From: an uncultured Syntrophomonadaceae bacterium
GTDB taxonomy: Bacteria; Bacillota; Dethiobacteria; DTU022
Direction of reading: 5' to 3'
DNA: 64,000 bases
NCBI GenBank assembly: GCA_964585925.1
Contig: CAZPFS010000005.1
Coordinates: forward strand, 4,808 to 68,807
Of this stretch, positions 1-8,654 are shown piece by piece. Positions within the stretch are counted from its first letter, which is position 1, and every line of letters begins with the position of its first letter. Under the pieces are notes generated by a model. That model was not told the DNA's origin. It saw only the letters and a program-made list of their open reading frames with translations, and ran no database searches. The translations under genes were made by a program, and so were the position numbers.

Positions 1-2
1 CC

Positions 3-746
3 GTGTTTTGTAAAAATAAAATACGGGAACTGGCTCAATCCATCAAGACCTATGGACTGTTGCAGCCAATCATTGTTCGAAAAAACAGAAAATCCTACCA
101 ACTGGTGGCCGGCGAACGAAGATTGATGGCTTGCCGGGAACTGGGATGGAAAACCATTCCGGCGGTGATCAGAGATATTGGGGACAGCGGCATTGCCGCC
201 ATTGCCCTAATCGAGAATTTGCAGCGGGAAGATCTGAATCTTGTTGAAGAAGCCGAGGGCTATATCAGGCTGTTAAAAGAGTTCGGATATACACAGGAGG
301 CGCTGGCTCAGAGAATCGGGAAAAGCCAGGCCACCATTGCCAACAAAATCAGGCTGCTCAAACTGCCTGGGCAGATAAAATCTGGGATGGCGGAGGGATT
401 AATTACAGAACGGCATGCCAGGGCCTTGCTCAAGTTGCCGGAAGAGGCTCTTCAGCAAAAAGTATACAATGAAGCGGTTGCTGAAAATCTTACGGTAAAG
501 CAGGTGGAACAACTGGTAGATCGGCTGATAGAAACCAAACCCCAGCCAACACCCAAGAGGAGCAGTAAAATGGTGATCAGGGATCTGCGCATCTTTTTAA
601 ACACCATCCATCAGGCGGTAAAAATCATTGAAAAGTCCGGCCTGGATCCACAGGTGTTGGAGCATGAGCGCCTGGAATACTATGAGGTTATTATTCGCCT
701 CCCCAAATTGACCGAATCCGGCGGAGGGGACACCACCTCCGCTTAA
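3..746 (+). CDS. noc: ParB-family nucleoid occlusion protein Noc; 5' end truncated by window edge
   Basis: ParB/Spo0J-like motifs (LVAGERR, ALIENLQRE) and an HTH region; position upstream of soj-spo0J matches the Firmicute rsmG-noc-soj-spo0J order. Confidence 0.7.
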   Translation: MFCKNKIRELAQSIKTYGLLQPIIVRKNRKSYQLVAGERRLMACRELGWKTIPAVIRDIGDSGIAAIALIENLQREDLNLVEEAEGYIRLLKEFGYTQEALAQRIGKSQATIANKIRLLKLPGQIKSGMAEGLITERHARALLKLPEEALQQKVYNEAVAENLTVKQVEQLVDRLIETKPQPTPKRSSKMVIRDLRIFLNTIHQAVKIIEKSGLDPQVLEHERLEYYEVIIRLPKLTESGGGDTTSA

Positions 747-789
747 AAATACCTGACCAGGGCACCGATCACAAACGAGGAGGCGCAAC

Positions 790-1548
790 ATGTCCCGTAT
801 TATAGCAATTGCCAATCAAAAAGGGGGGGTGGGGAAGACAACAACGGCCGTAAATTTATCGGCTGCGCTGGCGCATTGTGATCAAAAGGTGTTGATGATA
901 GATATCGACCCGCAGGGAAACGCTACCAGCGGGATCGGATTTCCCAAAACAGGAATAAAATATTGTATTTATGACGCATTAATAAATGCGGTCCCATTAG
1001 ATCGGATAATCACCCCATCTTCTTGGGAAAGGTTGGACATTGTTCCGGCAACTATAAAACTTGCCGGTGCGGAAATAGAGTTGGTACCAACCATTAACCG
1101 GGAAACAAAGCTGAAACAGGCTCTTCGGCAACTTGACCGGGATTATGACTATATTCTGATCGACTGCCCTCCCTCCCTGGGATTATTGACAATTAATGCC
1201 CTTACGGCTGCCGACGAGGTGTTGATTCCCATACAGTGTGAGTACTACGCCCTGGAAGGTCTGGGCCAGCTGATAAATACCATAAATTTGGTGAGGAAGC
1301 ATCTGAATGAAAAATTGGCCATTATGGGGGTAGTGCTGACCATGTATGACGGACGGACCAACCTGTCGGAACAGGTGGCAGACGAGGTCAGGACGTATTT
1401 CAAGGATCTGGTGTATAAAACGATAATTCCACGCAACATACGCTTAAGCGAAGCACCAAGCCACGGAGAACCTATAATTATTTATGACCCCCGTTGCCGG
1501 GGTTCGGAAGTATATTTGGACCTGGCCCAGGAGGTGATTTGTAAATGA
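790..1548 (+). CDS. soj: ParA-family chromosome partitioning ATPase Soj
   Basis: Deviant Walker A KGGVGKTT near the N-terminus; about 250 aa; RBS GAGGAGG upstream; placed before spo0J. Confidence 0.9.
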   Translation: MSRIIAIANQKGGVGKTTTAVNLSAALAHCDQKVLMIDIDPQGNATSGIGFPKTGIKYCIYDALINAVPLDRIITPSSWERLDIVPATIKLAGAEIELVPTINRETKLKQALRQLDRDYDYILIDCPPSLGLLTINALTAADEVLIPIQCEYYALEGLGQLINTINLVRKHLNEKLAIMGVVLTMYDGRTNLSEQVADEVRTYFKDLVYKTIIPRNIRLSEAPSHGEPIIIYDPRCRGSEVYLDLAQEVICK

Positions 1549-2408
1549 CCGAAAAAAGAAGGTTGGGGCGGGGGCTGGGGGCGCTTATTCCAGACACCAC
1601 CGACAGCGGCGCTTCTTTACGGGAAATTGATATTATACGGATCAAAACAAATCCGTTTCAGCCCAGAGGACAGTTTGATCAGGAAAAATTGCAGGAATTG
1701 GCGGACTCTATCCGGGAACATGGGGTGGTACAGCCGGTAATCGTTTCACCGGGAAAAGACGGCTATACACTGGTGGCCGGAGAGAGAAGGCTCAGGGCGG
1801 CACAATTGGCTGGACTTCATACCATACCCGCTCTGACCAGGGAAATGGAAAGCGGCACAATGCTGCAAATTGCCCTGATTGAAAATTTACAGCGCGAAGA
1901 TTTAAATCCCATTGAGGAAGCCAGGGCATATCGTCAGCTTATGGAAGAATTTAATTATACCCAGGAGGAGCTGGCCCGGAGACTGGGAAAGAGCCGGCCG
2001 GCCATTGCCAATACCATCCGGCTGTTAGGCCTTTCTGATGACCTGCAGCAGGAGATAATTAGCGGCCGGATCACTGAGGGACAAGCAAGGCCCCTGCTCG
2101 CGATCTCCGATCCGGCCCTTCAGGCTGCGCTCGCCAGAAAAATTGTCCAGGAAAAGATGACTGTCAGGGAAGTGGAGAGGCTGATTGCAAAAGGGCGGGA
2201 TAGTTTACAGTCCGATAAACGGGCGAAGTCCTCCCGGGCGGAACGAGATGCCGGGGACATATGGGAGGAATTGAGGGAAAAATTGCAGTATTATTTGGGG
2301 ACGAGAATTAAAATTAACCGTGGCTCCAGGGGGGGTACCATTGAAATAGAGTTCTACGAGGCGGAGGATCTGGAAAGATTGATTAGCCTGATAATTCCGG
2401 AGGAATAG
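1545..2408 (+). CDS. spo0J: ParB/Spo0J chromosome partitioning protein
   Basis: ParB box (VAGERRLRAAQLAG, ALIENLQRE) and HTH; 4-nt overlap with soj. Confidence 0.9.
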   Translation: MTEKRRLGRGLGALIPDTTDSGASLREIDIIRIKTNPFQPRGQFDQEKLQELADSIREHGVVQPVIVSPGKDGYTLVAGERRLRAAQLAGLHTIPALTREMESGTMLQIALIENLQREDLNPIEEARAYRQLMEEFNYTQEELARRLGKSRPAIANTIRLLGLSDDLQQEIISGRITEGQARPLLAISDPALQAALARKIVQEKMTVREVERLIAKGRDSLQSDKRAKSSRAERDAGDIWEELREKLQYYLGTRIKINRGSRGGTIEIEFYEAEDLERLISLIIPEE

Positions 2409-2411
2409 TTT

Positions 2412-2427
2412 TGTTTCACGTGAAACA
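2412..2427. promoter_or_regulatory. parS: parS centromere-like site tgtttcacgtgaaaca, a perfect 16-bp palindrome
   Basis: Matches the Firmicute parS consensus TGTTNCACGTGAAACA; sits 4 nt after the spo0J stop codon. Confidence 0.8.
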
Positions 2428-2537
2428 AAAAAGGGTTCCGGAGATTGGCAGCGAATTACATGTTTTAGGCAAAATTACACATCTTTTCAAGGTGGTGTTT
2501 TTTAATCAGCGGTATATGGGAAAAGCTGTCGCTCACA

Positions 2538-3020
2538 TTGCTGGCAAACCTGGATACGGCACTGGGTTGCCTGATCGCTGGGATGTTAATACTCCTAATA
2601 TTGTGTCTGGTGTTGTATTTTCGGTTGGCTTCGCTCAAAAAAAATTATCAAAAGCTTATGTGCGGGAGAGAAAGGTTAAACTTGGAAGAGCTTTTTGATC
2701 ATATCAATTCTCTCATCAAAACAGAGCAACAAAAAAATGACAATTTAGGTCATCGGGTAACAGCCCTGGAGGCCCGGACCTCTCGTCTAGTAGGATTGGG
2801 TCTGGTCCGGTTCAACGCTTTCCAGGATACGGGAAGTGATCTGAGCTTTTCCCTGGCCCTGGTTAATCATGCTGGGGATGGGGCGGTGGTCACCAGTATT
2901 TTTGGACGGGAAGAGAACCGGTTGTACGGGAAACCGGTTGAACAGGGTGGCTCTCAGCACCCTTTGAGCCAAGAAGAACAGGTGGCTTTACGAAAAGCCC
3001 GAGAAACAATAAACAACTGA
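2538..3020 (+). CDS. DUF4446-family membrane/coiled-coil protein (TTG start)
   Basis: N-terminal TM helix, coiled-coil and C-terminal conserved domain typical of the DUF4446 protein that follows spo0J in Clostridia; exact start uncertain. Confidence 0.5.
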   Translation: MLANLDTALGCLIAGMLILLILCLVLYFRLASLKKNYQKLMCGRERLNLEELFDHINSLIKTEQQKNDNLGHRVTALEARTSRLVGLGLVRFNAFQDTGSDLSFSLALVNHAGDGAVVTSIFGREENRLYGKPVEQGGSQHPLSQEEQVALRKARETINN

Positions 3021-3050
3021 AATGTCTGTCCCTTTAATCGGAGGTGTGGT

Positions 3051-3941
3051 TTGAATGTGAAGAAACACAAGCCTTGTTTTACAGTGATAATTGTTCCTCA
3101 CTCGGAAGAGTCTATCTACAGCCTGCAGCTTCCATTGAGGGCGGGACAGTTGGTGGCGGCCGCTTTGATTGTCGGACTCAGCTTATTGATGGTGATGGTT
3201 TGTTCTTACCGGCAGGTGTTGGAAGAATCGCGGGAAACCCATAGCTTGCGTGAAGCAAATCGCCGCCAACAGGATGAAATGAATATCTGCGCTTTTGAAA
3301 CACAACAACTCTTAATCCAGATCGAAGAAGTGGAATCACTGACCGAAAAAATGGCCCACCGGATCGGAATAATTACCGGCAGTGAAAACGTCTCCAATCC
3401 GGGACAGAGATATTACGCCAACCGTTCAGGAGGGGGGGTGCAGGATCGGGCCGCTGACAATATATCCCGCCTGCAGCAAATTATTCCGGAACAGTCGGAT
3501 TCGTTGGTAGAGTTGAATGATCAGGTTGAGGAATATACCCGACGGATGGCTGCTACACCTTCAATCTGGCCCACTTGGGGGCGGATTACATCCGGTTTTG
3601 GCAACCGCCGTTCTCCTTTTAACCGTTATGTCACCCAGTTTCATAAAGGAGTGGATATTGCCGCCACATACGGTACCCCGATATATGCAACTGCCGATGG
3701 AACGGTTGGCACCGCTGCTTACCAGTCCGGTTACGGCTATTTGGTGATTGTAAACCATGGTTACGGTTATCAGACCTATTATGCGCATCTCTCCGGGTTT
3801 TCTGTGTCCGGAGGTGAAAAGGTCACCAAGGGGCAGTTGGTCGGTTATATGGGTAGGACCGGCAATGCCACTGGAGTGCACCTGCACTATGAAATTCATG
3901 TAAACGGGGTTGCGGTTAATCCCCTGAATTATATGCGTTGA
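3051..3941 (+). CDS. M23 family metallopeptidase (LytM-type) with N-terminal TM segment and coiled-coil
   Basis: C-terminal M23 motifs HKGVDIAA and GNATGVHLHYEIHVNG; RBS GGAGG 6 nt before the TTG start. Confidence 0.85.
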   Translation: MNVKKHKPCFTVIIVPHSEESIYSLQLPLRAGQLVAAALIVGLSLLMVMVCSYRQVLEESRETHSLREANRRQQDEMNICAFETQQLLIQIEEVESLTEKMAHRIGIITGSENVSNPGQRYYANRSGGGVQDRAADNISRLQQIIPEQSDSLVELNDQVEEYTRRMAATPSIWPTWGRITSGFGNRRSPFNRYVTQFHKGVDIAATYGTPIYATADGTVGTAAYQSGYGYLVIVNHGYGYQTYYAHLSGFSVSGGEKVTKGQLVGYMGRTGNATGVHLHYEIHVNGVAVNPLNYMR

Positions 3942-3964
3942 ATCAACAATAGGGGGTGGGATGA

Positions 3965-4390
3965 TTGTTAAAAGGGAGCAGGCAGGAGTCGCTGCCGGAT
4001 AAAATTGTGACCCTGATCGGGCCGGATACATATTTGAGCGGCACTATTAAGGCAAAAGGCCTGGTAAGGATAGATGGCGTAATGGAAGGTGAGCTGGAAA
4101 CAGAAGGGGATGTAATAGTGGGAGCAGATGGGCGGGCTACACTGGATATTCGGGCCAGGAATATAGCAGTGGCCGGATATTTCAAGGGCAATTTAGACAT
4201 TACCGGGAAATTGGAAATAAAAGAGACGGGTACGGTGGCCGGAAATATCAAAGTCAAGGGGCTGGTGATAGATGAAGGGGCCCATTTTACAGGCAACTGT
4301 GAAATGAAGGACTCTGATGCGGGAGCGATCCCGGCGGCCACCGGACGGGTGGACCGCAAAAAAGAAAACAAGCAAGGTAAAGTTGACTGA
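3965..4390 (+). CDS. Bactofilin family protein (CcmA/BacA-like)
   Basis: Repetitive beta-helical G-rich pattern (IDGVMEGELETEGDVIVGADG, NIAVAGYFKGNLDITGKLEIKETG) typical of the DUF583/bactofilin fold; 23 nt downstream of the M23 gene with its own RBS. Confidence 0.75.
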   Translation: MLKGSRQESLPDKIVTLIGPDTYLSGTIKAKGLVRIDGVMEGELETEGDVIVGADGRATLDIRARNIAVAGYFKGNLDITGKLEIKETGTVAGNIKVKGLVIDEGAHFTGNCEMKDSDAGAIPAATGRVDRKKENKQGKVD

Positions 4391-4481
4391 TCAATGAGCC
4401 GCAAAGAAACGAAATCGGCCCGGTGAGCCATCGCTGCCGGTAAACCGGTGATGGCTCCGCGTGATTCCTATGAGTTGAAGA

Positions 4482-5141
4482 TCAGTTATACTTGGGTGCA
4501 GCCAGCGTTTTTAGCAGATAATTTTCCAACTGATTCGGGTAGGCCGGCAGAGGTTTGTCTTGGCCTCCCGAGACAAGAAATTGATGCAGGGCGGCGGAAA
4601 TAGCAGCCGCCAGTTCCATTACCTGAAACAAGCGGGTACTCTGAAGAACCATCTGTTCCATAAACCCTCCTACGTTAACCACGCCGCTCAAATAAAGATG
4701 TCCTACCGGGGGCAGGCTTTTGTTCACCCCCTTTCCGGGGAACAGCGGGCCGGCTCCCACTTCGATAATCCCAATACGTTCCGGCCTGCCCAGGGAGGCG
4801 TCAACAGCTATTACCAGGGGACATTGTTTGCCGGGCCTGACCAACTCGGCGATGGTGGGTTCTAGGTTAAGAGCGTGTACGGGGCTGGCCAGAGTCCCCA
4901 GTATGATGGTGCCGCTCAGCTTTAGAGACGACAAGAAGGTCCCTACGATCGGTCCCAGCGCATCTCCGGTAGAACGGTCCGAACCGATACAGACCACTAC
5001 CCGGTTATTTCCGGGCGCGGCAACCGGAATAAAGCCGGTTAATGCGGATACGATTTTTTTGACGGCTGCCGGATCCCGGCAGCTTATTTGTTTTGGATTG
5101 TCCGCAGGTCTTTGGCTTTTGTCAACCGTGTCCATAGTCAT
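4482..5141 (-). CDS. yyaC: Spore protease YyaC family (DUF1256)
   Basis: Conserved IGSDRSTGDALGP motif; the YyaC family sits near spo0J in Bacilli. Confidence 0.7.
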   Translation of the reverse strand: MTMDTVDKSQRPADNPKQISCRDPAAVKKIVSALTGFIPVAAPGNNRVVVCIGSDRSTGDALGPIVGTFLSSLKLSGTIILGTLASPVHALNLEPTIAELVRPGKQCPLVIAVDASLGRPERIGIIEVGAGPLFPGKGVNKSLPPVGHLYLSGVVNVGGFMEQMVLQSTRLFQVMELAAAISAALHQFLVSGGQDKPLPAYPNQLENYLLKTLAAPKYN

Positions 5142-5269
5142 CTGATAAAAGGCATCCCTCTTATTATATATTAAAGTATATTTGAACGGGGTTAAAAATA
5201 TGTATTAGGAAAGAGCAAGAAGGTGAACATGGCTGTTTTGTAATACTGGCCTGGGTGAAAGCGAATAAT

Positions 5270-5896
5270 ATGAACTGGGCGGATTTGCTGATAGTTTGCT
5301 GGCTGCTGTGGGGATGTGCGGCGGGGTATTTGTGCGGTGCTCGGAGGATGTGCAGCCGGATCGGAGCCCTGTTGGTTGCTGTGGCCATATCCACCAGCTA
5401 TAAACCCGAAGTAAGGGTATTGCTGTCCCGTCATTACCCCCTGGCATTATTTATACGGGAAACAATTAACCGGAGAATGGCTACCCCCGTGTCCGGCATC
5501 TCCTTAAAAGCAGATCAAACCCTTCCCTTATTTATAAATCAGCTGTACATGAGACACGGTTATCTGCCGGCAGGGGGCGGAACCCTGTTTGACCTGACTT
5601 GCCAGGCTATTTTAAACGTGATCTGCTTTAGTTTGGCCTGCCTGGCCTGGGGCTGCACCTGTTACGTTGTCTCCTCGGTCTGGTTGAAGCGCCGACCCAT
5701 TGACCCTGGCAGGGTTGAAAAATGGGGGGGGCTGATCATGGGGGCGGTGGGGGCGGCCCTGACGGCGACCCTGGCTTTCGGAATTATTCTGCCATTATTG
5801 GCACTGCTAACCCCGAACTCCCTTGGGTTTGAACATTCGGCCTTGTTTCAACTGATGTGGTCGGTTGTGGATCGGACGGGGATCTGGTGGAACTAG
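5270..5896 (+). CDS. CvpA-family integral membrane protein
   Basis: Four predicted TM helices; N-terminal MNWADLLIV matches the CvpA (colicin V production) pattern; low-complexity Cys/Trp-rich helices. Confidence 0.45.
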   Translation: MNWADLLIVCWLLWGCAAGYLCGARRMCSRIGALLVAVAISTSYKPEVRVLLSRHYPLALFIRETINRRMATPVSGISLKADQTLPLFINQLYMRHGYLPAGGGTLFDLTCQAILNVICFSLACLAWGCTCYVVSSVWLKRRPIDPGRVEKWGGLIMGAVGAALTATLAFGIILPLLALLTPNSLGFEHSALFQLMWSVVDRTGIWWN

Positions 5897-6002
5897 CCGG
5901 CATATTTTGGAATCAAGCAGGAATCAAATTGGAAAAGAAGAACATTATACTGACACAATGCATCCCGTGTCAGGTACCTGCCTAAAAAGGGAGAGAGGTA
6001 AA

Positions 6003-6644
6003 ATGTTAATTGTGTTGCTGGGCCCTCCAGGAGCAGGCAAGGGGACTCAGGCCGAATTGCTGGTGGCTAAATACCAGCTTTTGCATGTTGCTACCGGTGA
6101 TATTTTGCGCAGTTCTGTTAACAGGGGCTTACCGCTGGGCAGAAAGGCCCGGGAATACATGGATCAAGGACTTCTGGTTCCTGATGAGATCGTGGTTCAG
6201 ATTGTGTCCGAAAAGCTTGAAGAACTGAAAGGCGTTTCGGGGGCCCTGCTTGATGGATTTCCCCGAACTCTAGGACAGGCGAAATCCCTGGACCGGCTTT
6301 TGGGGCAGAAGGGAATTGTTATTGATCGGGTAATATTTATAGAAGTACCGGAGGAAGAACTGATCACCCGGCTTACCGGGAGAAGGGTCTGCCGGGAATG
6401 CGGCTCCACCTACCATCTTAAATTTAATCAACCCAAAGTGCGCAACGTTTGCGACCATTGCGGCGGTGAACTGTACCAAAGGGACGATGATTCGCTGCAA
6501 ACGGTTACGGAGAGGCTGAGCGTATTTGGACGCCAGACTATACCGGTAGTGGAATATTACCGGCAACAGAGTTTGCTTGCTGCAGTTAACGGCCATACCG
6601 ACATATCGCAGGTTTTCAGCCAGATATGTTCGGCAATTGGATGA
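6003..6644 (+). CDS. adk: Adenylate kinase with Cys4 zinc-binding LID
   Basis: P-loop GPPGAGKGTQ; LID with CRECG...CDHCGG; about 213 aa; RBS AGGGAGAGAGG. Confidence 0.85.
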   Translation: MLIVLLGPPGAGKGTQAELLVAKYQLLHVATGDILRSSVNRGLPLGRKAREYMDQGLLVPDEIVVQIVSEKLEELKGVSGALLDGFPRTLGQAKSLDRLLGQKGIVIDRVIFIEVPEEELITRLTGRRVCRECGSTYHLKFNQPKVRNVCDHCGGELYQRDDDSLQTVTERLSVFGRQTIPVVEYYRQQSLLAAVNGHTDISQVFSQICSAIG

Positions 6645-6686
6645 GCAATAACCCAGCCGAGGTGATCGCTGGCAGGGGGGATCGCC

Positions 6687-6875
6687 ATGCAGTACCACGT
6701 GGGGCAGGTGGTGCAGTTAAAAAAAACTCACCCTTGTGGCTCGGATCGCTGGCAGATACTGAGAATAGGTATGGATTTCAGAATAAAATGTACCAAATGC
6801 GGGCGTAGTGTGCTGTTGCCCAGATCCTGCTTTGAAAAACGGGTCAAAAGGGTGATCACCGGGGAAAACGATTAG
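6687..6875 (+). CDS. DUF951 family small protein (YyzM-like)
   Basis: 62 aa; the motif KKTHPCGSDRWQILRIGMDFRIKCTKCGRSV matches the DUF951 proteins encoded upstream of rpsF in Firmicutes. Confidence 0.6.
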   Translation: MQYHVGQVVQLKKTHPCGSDRWQILRIGMDFRIKCTKCGRSVLLPRSCFEKRVKRVITGEND

Positions 6876-7096
6876 CTGATAAAATGTCTTGACCCTATTC
6901 CCCCAGACCCCGTGAAAAGCCAGAACACAGACTTTCGGCTCTGTGAAACTCACGACATCCCGAAACAACAGCGGTCAGAGCGTGATCAAAAGTCTCTGAT
7001 CCTGCTTGTGTGCAGCCGACAAATGTGATAGCATGCTACTAAGTGTCCCTGCTCCTGCAAAAGGGGCCGTTTCAGACCACAGGGAGGTGCTAACAG

Positions 7097-7387
7097 ATGA
7101 ATAACAACTATGAAACCATGTTTATCCTTCGTCCTGAGCAGGAACAGGATGAAACCCAGGAGTTTCTGGACAACCTTCAAAAGCTGATCAATAAATTTGG
7201 AGGGGAAGTTGGGGAAACAGATGACTGGGGAGTCCGCCGACTGGCCTATGAAATAGACAAACTCAAAGAAGGCCGCTATTTTTTGGTAAAATTCAAATCC
7301 GGGCCCGGGGTTGTCCCCGAGCTTGAACACTTTTTTCGGGTTACCGATGGTGTTATGCGCTACATGGTGATACGGGAAAAGGATTAA
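7097..7387 (+). CDS. rpsF: 30S ribosomal protein S6
   Basis: Sequence ETMFILRPE...RRLAYEI; first gene of rpsF-ssb-rpsR; RBS AGGGAGG. Confidence 0.9.
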   Translation: MNNNYETMFILRPEQEQDETQEFLDNLQKLINKFGGEVGETDDWGVRRLAYEIDKLKEGRYFLVKFKSGPGVVPELEHFFRVTDGVMRYMVIREKD

Positions 7388-7416
7388 AATTTTAGTATTT
7401 AAAAGGCGGTGATACT

Positions 7417-7815
7417 TTGATTAACCGGATAATATTGATCGGCAGGTTGGTTCGCGATCCCGAGTTGCGATTTACTGCCTCTGGAAAAGCAGTGGGAACC
7501 TTTACCCTGGCTGTAGACAGGCCATTTACAAACCAGCAGGGGGAAAGGGACGCAGATTTTATCAATATTGTTACCTGGGAAAAAAGGGCCGAAACCTGTG
7601 CCAACTATTTAAAAAAGGGGAGGCAGGTGGCGGTAGAAGGCCGCCTGCAGATCCGTTCCTATGATGACAGTCAGGGCATCAGAAGGAAAACGGCTGAAGT
7701 AGTGGCCAGTAATGTGATGTTTTTGGAAAGGGATCGAACGACAGGAATCGAAGAAACGGATGCCGGCGAAGCGGGCGGAGATCTGTCGGTAGGCGAAGAA
7801 GATATACCGTTCTAA
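7417..7815 (+). CDS. ssb: Single-stranded DNA-binding protein
   Basis: OB-fold N-terminus ([18 protein letters not shown]) and acidic C-terminal tail ending DIPF; TTG start. Confidence 0.9.
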   Translation: MINRIILIGRLVRDPELRFTASGKAVGTFTLAVDRPFTNQQGERDADFINIVTWEKRAETCANYLKKGRQVAVEGRLQIRSYDDSQGIRRKTAEVVASNVMFLERDRTTGIEETDAGEAGGDLSVGEEDIPF

Positions 7816-7838
7816 GTTCAATCAGGGAGGTCAGGTCG

Positions 7839-8069
7839 TTGAGACGAGATAGAACACGTAAACCAAGAAAAAAAATATGCAGTTTTTGTGTAGACAAAAT
7901 TGATTCCGTCGATTACAAACAATATGAAAAGTTAAAACGGTTTATCACGGAGCGGGGAAAAATACTGCCCCGCCGGATTTCGGGGAACTGTGCCCGCCAC
8001 CAGCGGCAGTTAACCAGTGCCATAAAGCGGGCCCGCATTATGGCCCTCTTGCCGTTTACCTCCGAATAA
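7839..8069 (+). CDS. rpsR: 30S ribosomal protein S18
   Basis: CSFC...DYK motif; 76 aa; TTG start with RBS AGGGAGG. Confidence 0.9.
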   Translation: MRRDRTRKPRKKICSFCVDKIDSVDYKQYEKLKRFITERGKILPRRISGNCARHQRQLTSAIKRARIMALLPFTSE

Positions 8070-8200
8070 AATATGGACATTCATTTGCAAAGGTGCTGGA
8101 ATTATGTTATGCCGGCGCCATTTTTTGTGTAATCCTGCAAGGCAGGAGCATGCTTGGGCGATCACGAATATCGTAGCATGATTATTGAGGATGTGAGGCC

Positions 8201-8647
8201 ATGAAGGTAATATTGGTAAAAGACGTGAAAAATCTGGGCCGCGCGGGCGATACAAAAGAGGTAGCAGATGGTTTTGCCCGAAATATGTTGTTTCCCAGGG
8301 GATGGGCGGTGGAGGCTACTCCTAAACGCCTTCAGGAACTCGAACGCAGACGGCAATCAATGGAACAAAAAGCCCGGCAACAAGAGGCGCTTGCCCGGGA
8401 AGTCGCCGGCCGTCTGGAGGGGACAGTTGTCAATTTTAAGGTGGCGGCCGGTGAAGGGGGCCGCCTGTTCGGCTCCATTACTGCTCAGGAGGTGGCCGCA
8501 GCACTGCAGAAAAAAGGCTTTGACCTTGATAAGAAAAAGCTGATTTTGGAGGAACCACTTAAAAATCTGGGAGAACATCCGGTTGCGGTAAAACTCTGTT
8601 CCGGGGTAAAGGCTTTTATCCGGGTAAATGTGGAGAAAGAAGGTTAA
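8201..8647 (+). CDS. rplI: 50S ribosomal protein L9
   Basis: N-terminal [13 protein letters not shown]; 148 aa. Confidence 0.9.
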   Translation: MKVILVKDVKNLGRAGDTKEVADGFARNMLFPRGWAVEATPKRLQELERRRQSMEQKARQQEALAREVAGRLEGTVVNFKVAAGEGGRLFGSITAQEVAAALQKKGFDLDKKKLILEEPLKNLGEHPVAVKLCSGVKAFIRVNVEKEG

Positions 8648-8654
8648 TCAAAAA

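Noticed and set aside
2411-2698. 95-aa + strand ORF overlapping the parS site and the 5' part of the DUF4446 gene
   Set aside because: It lies in a different frame from the DUF4446 gene, has no RBS, no recognisable domain and spans a regulatory palindrome. It is most likely a spurious ORF.
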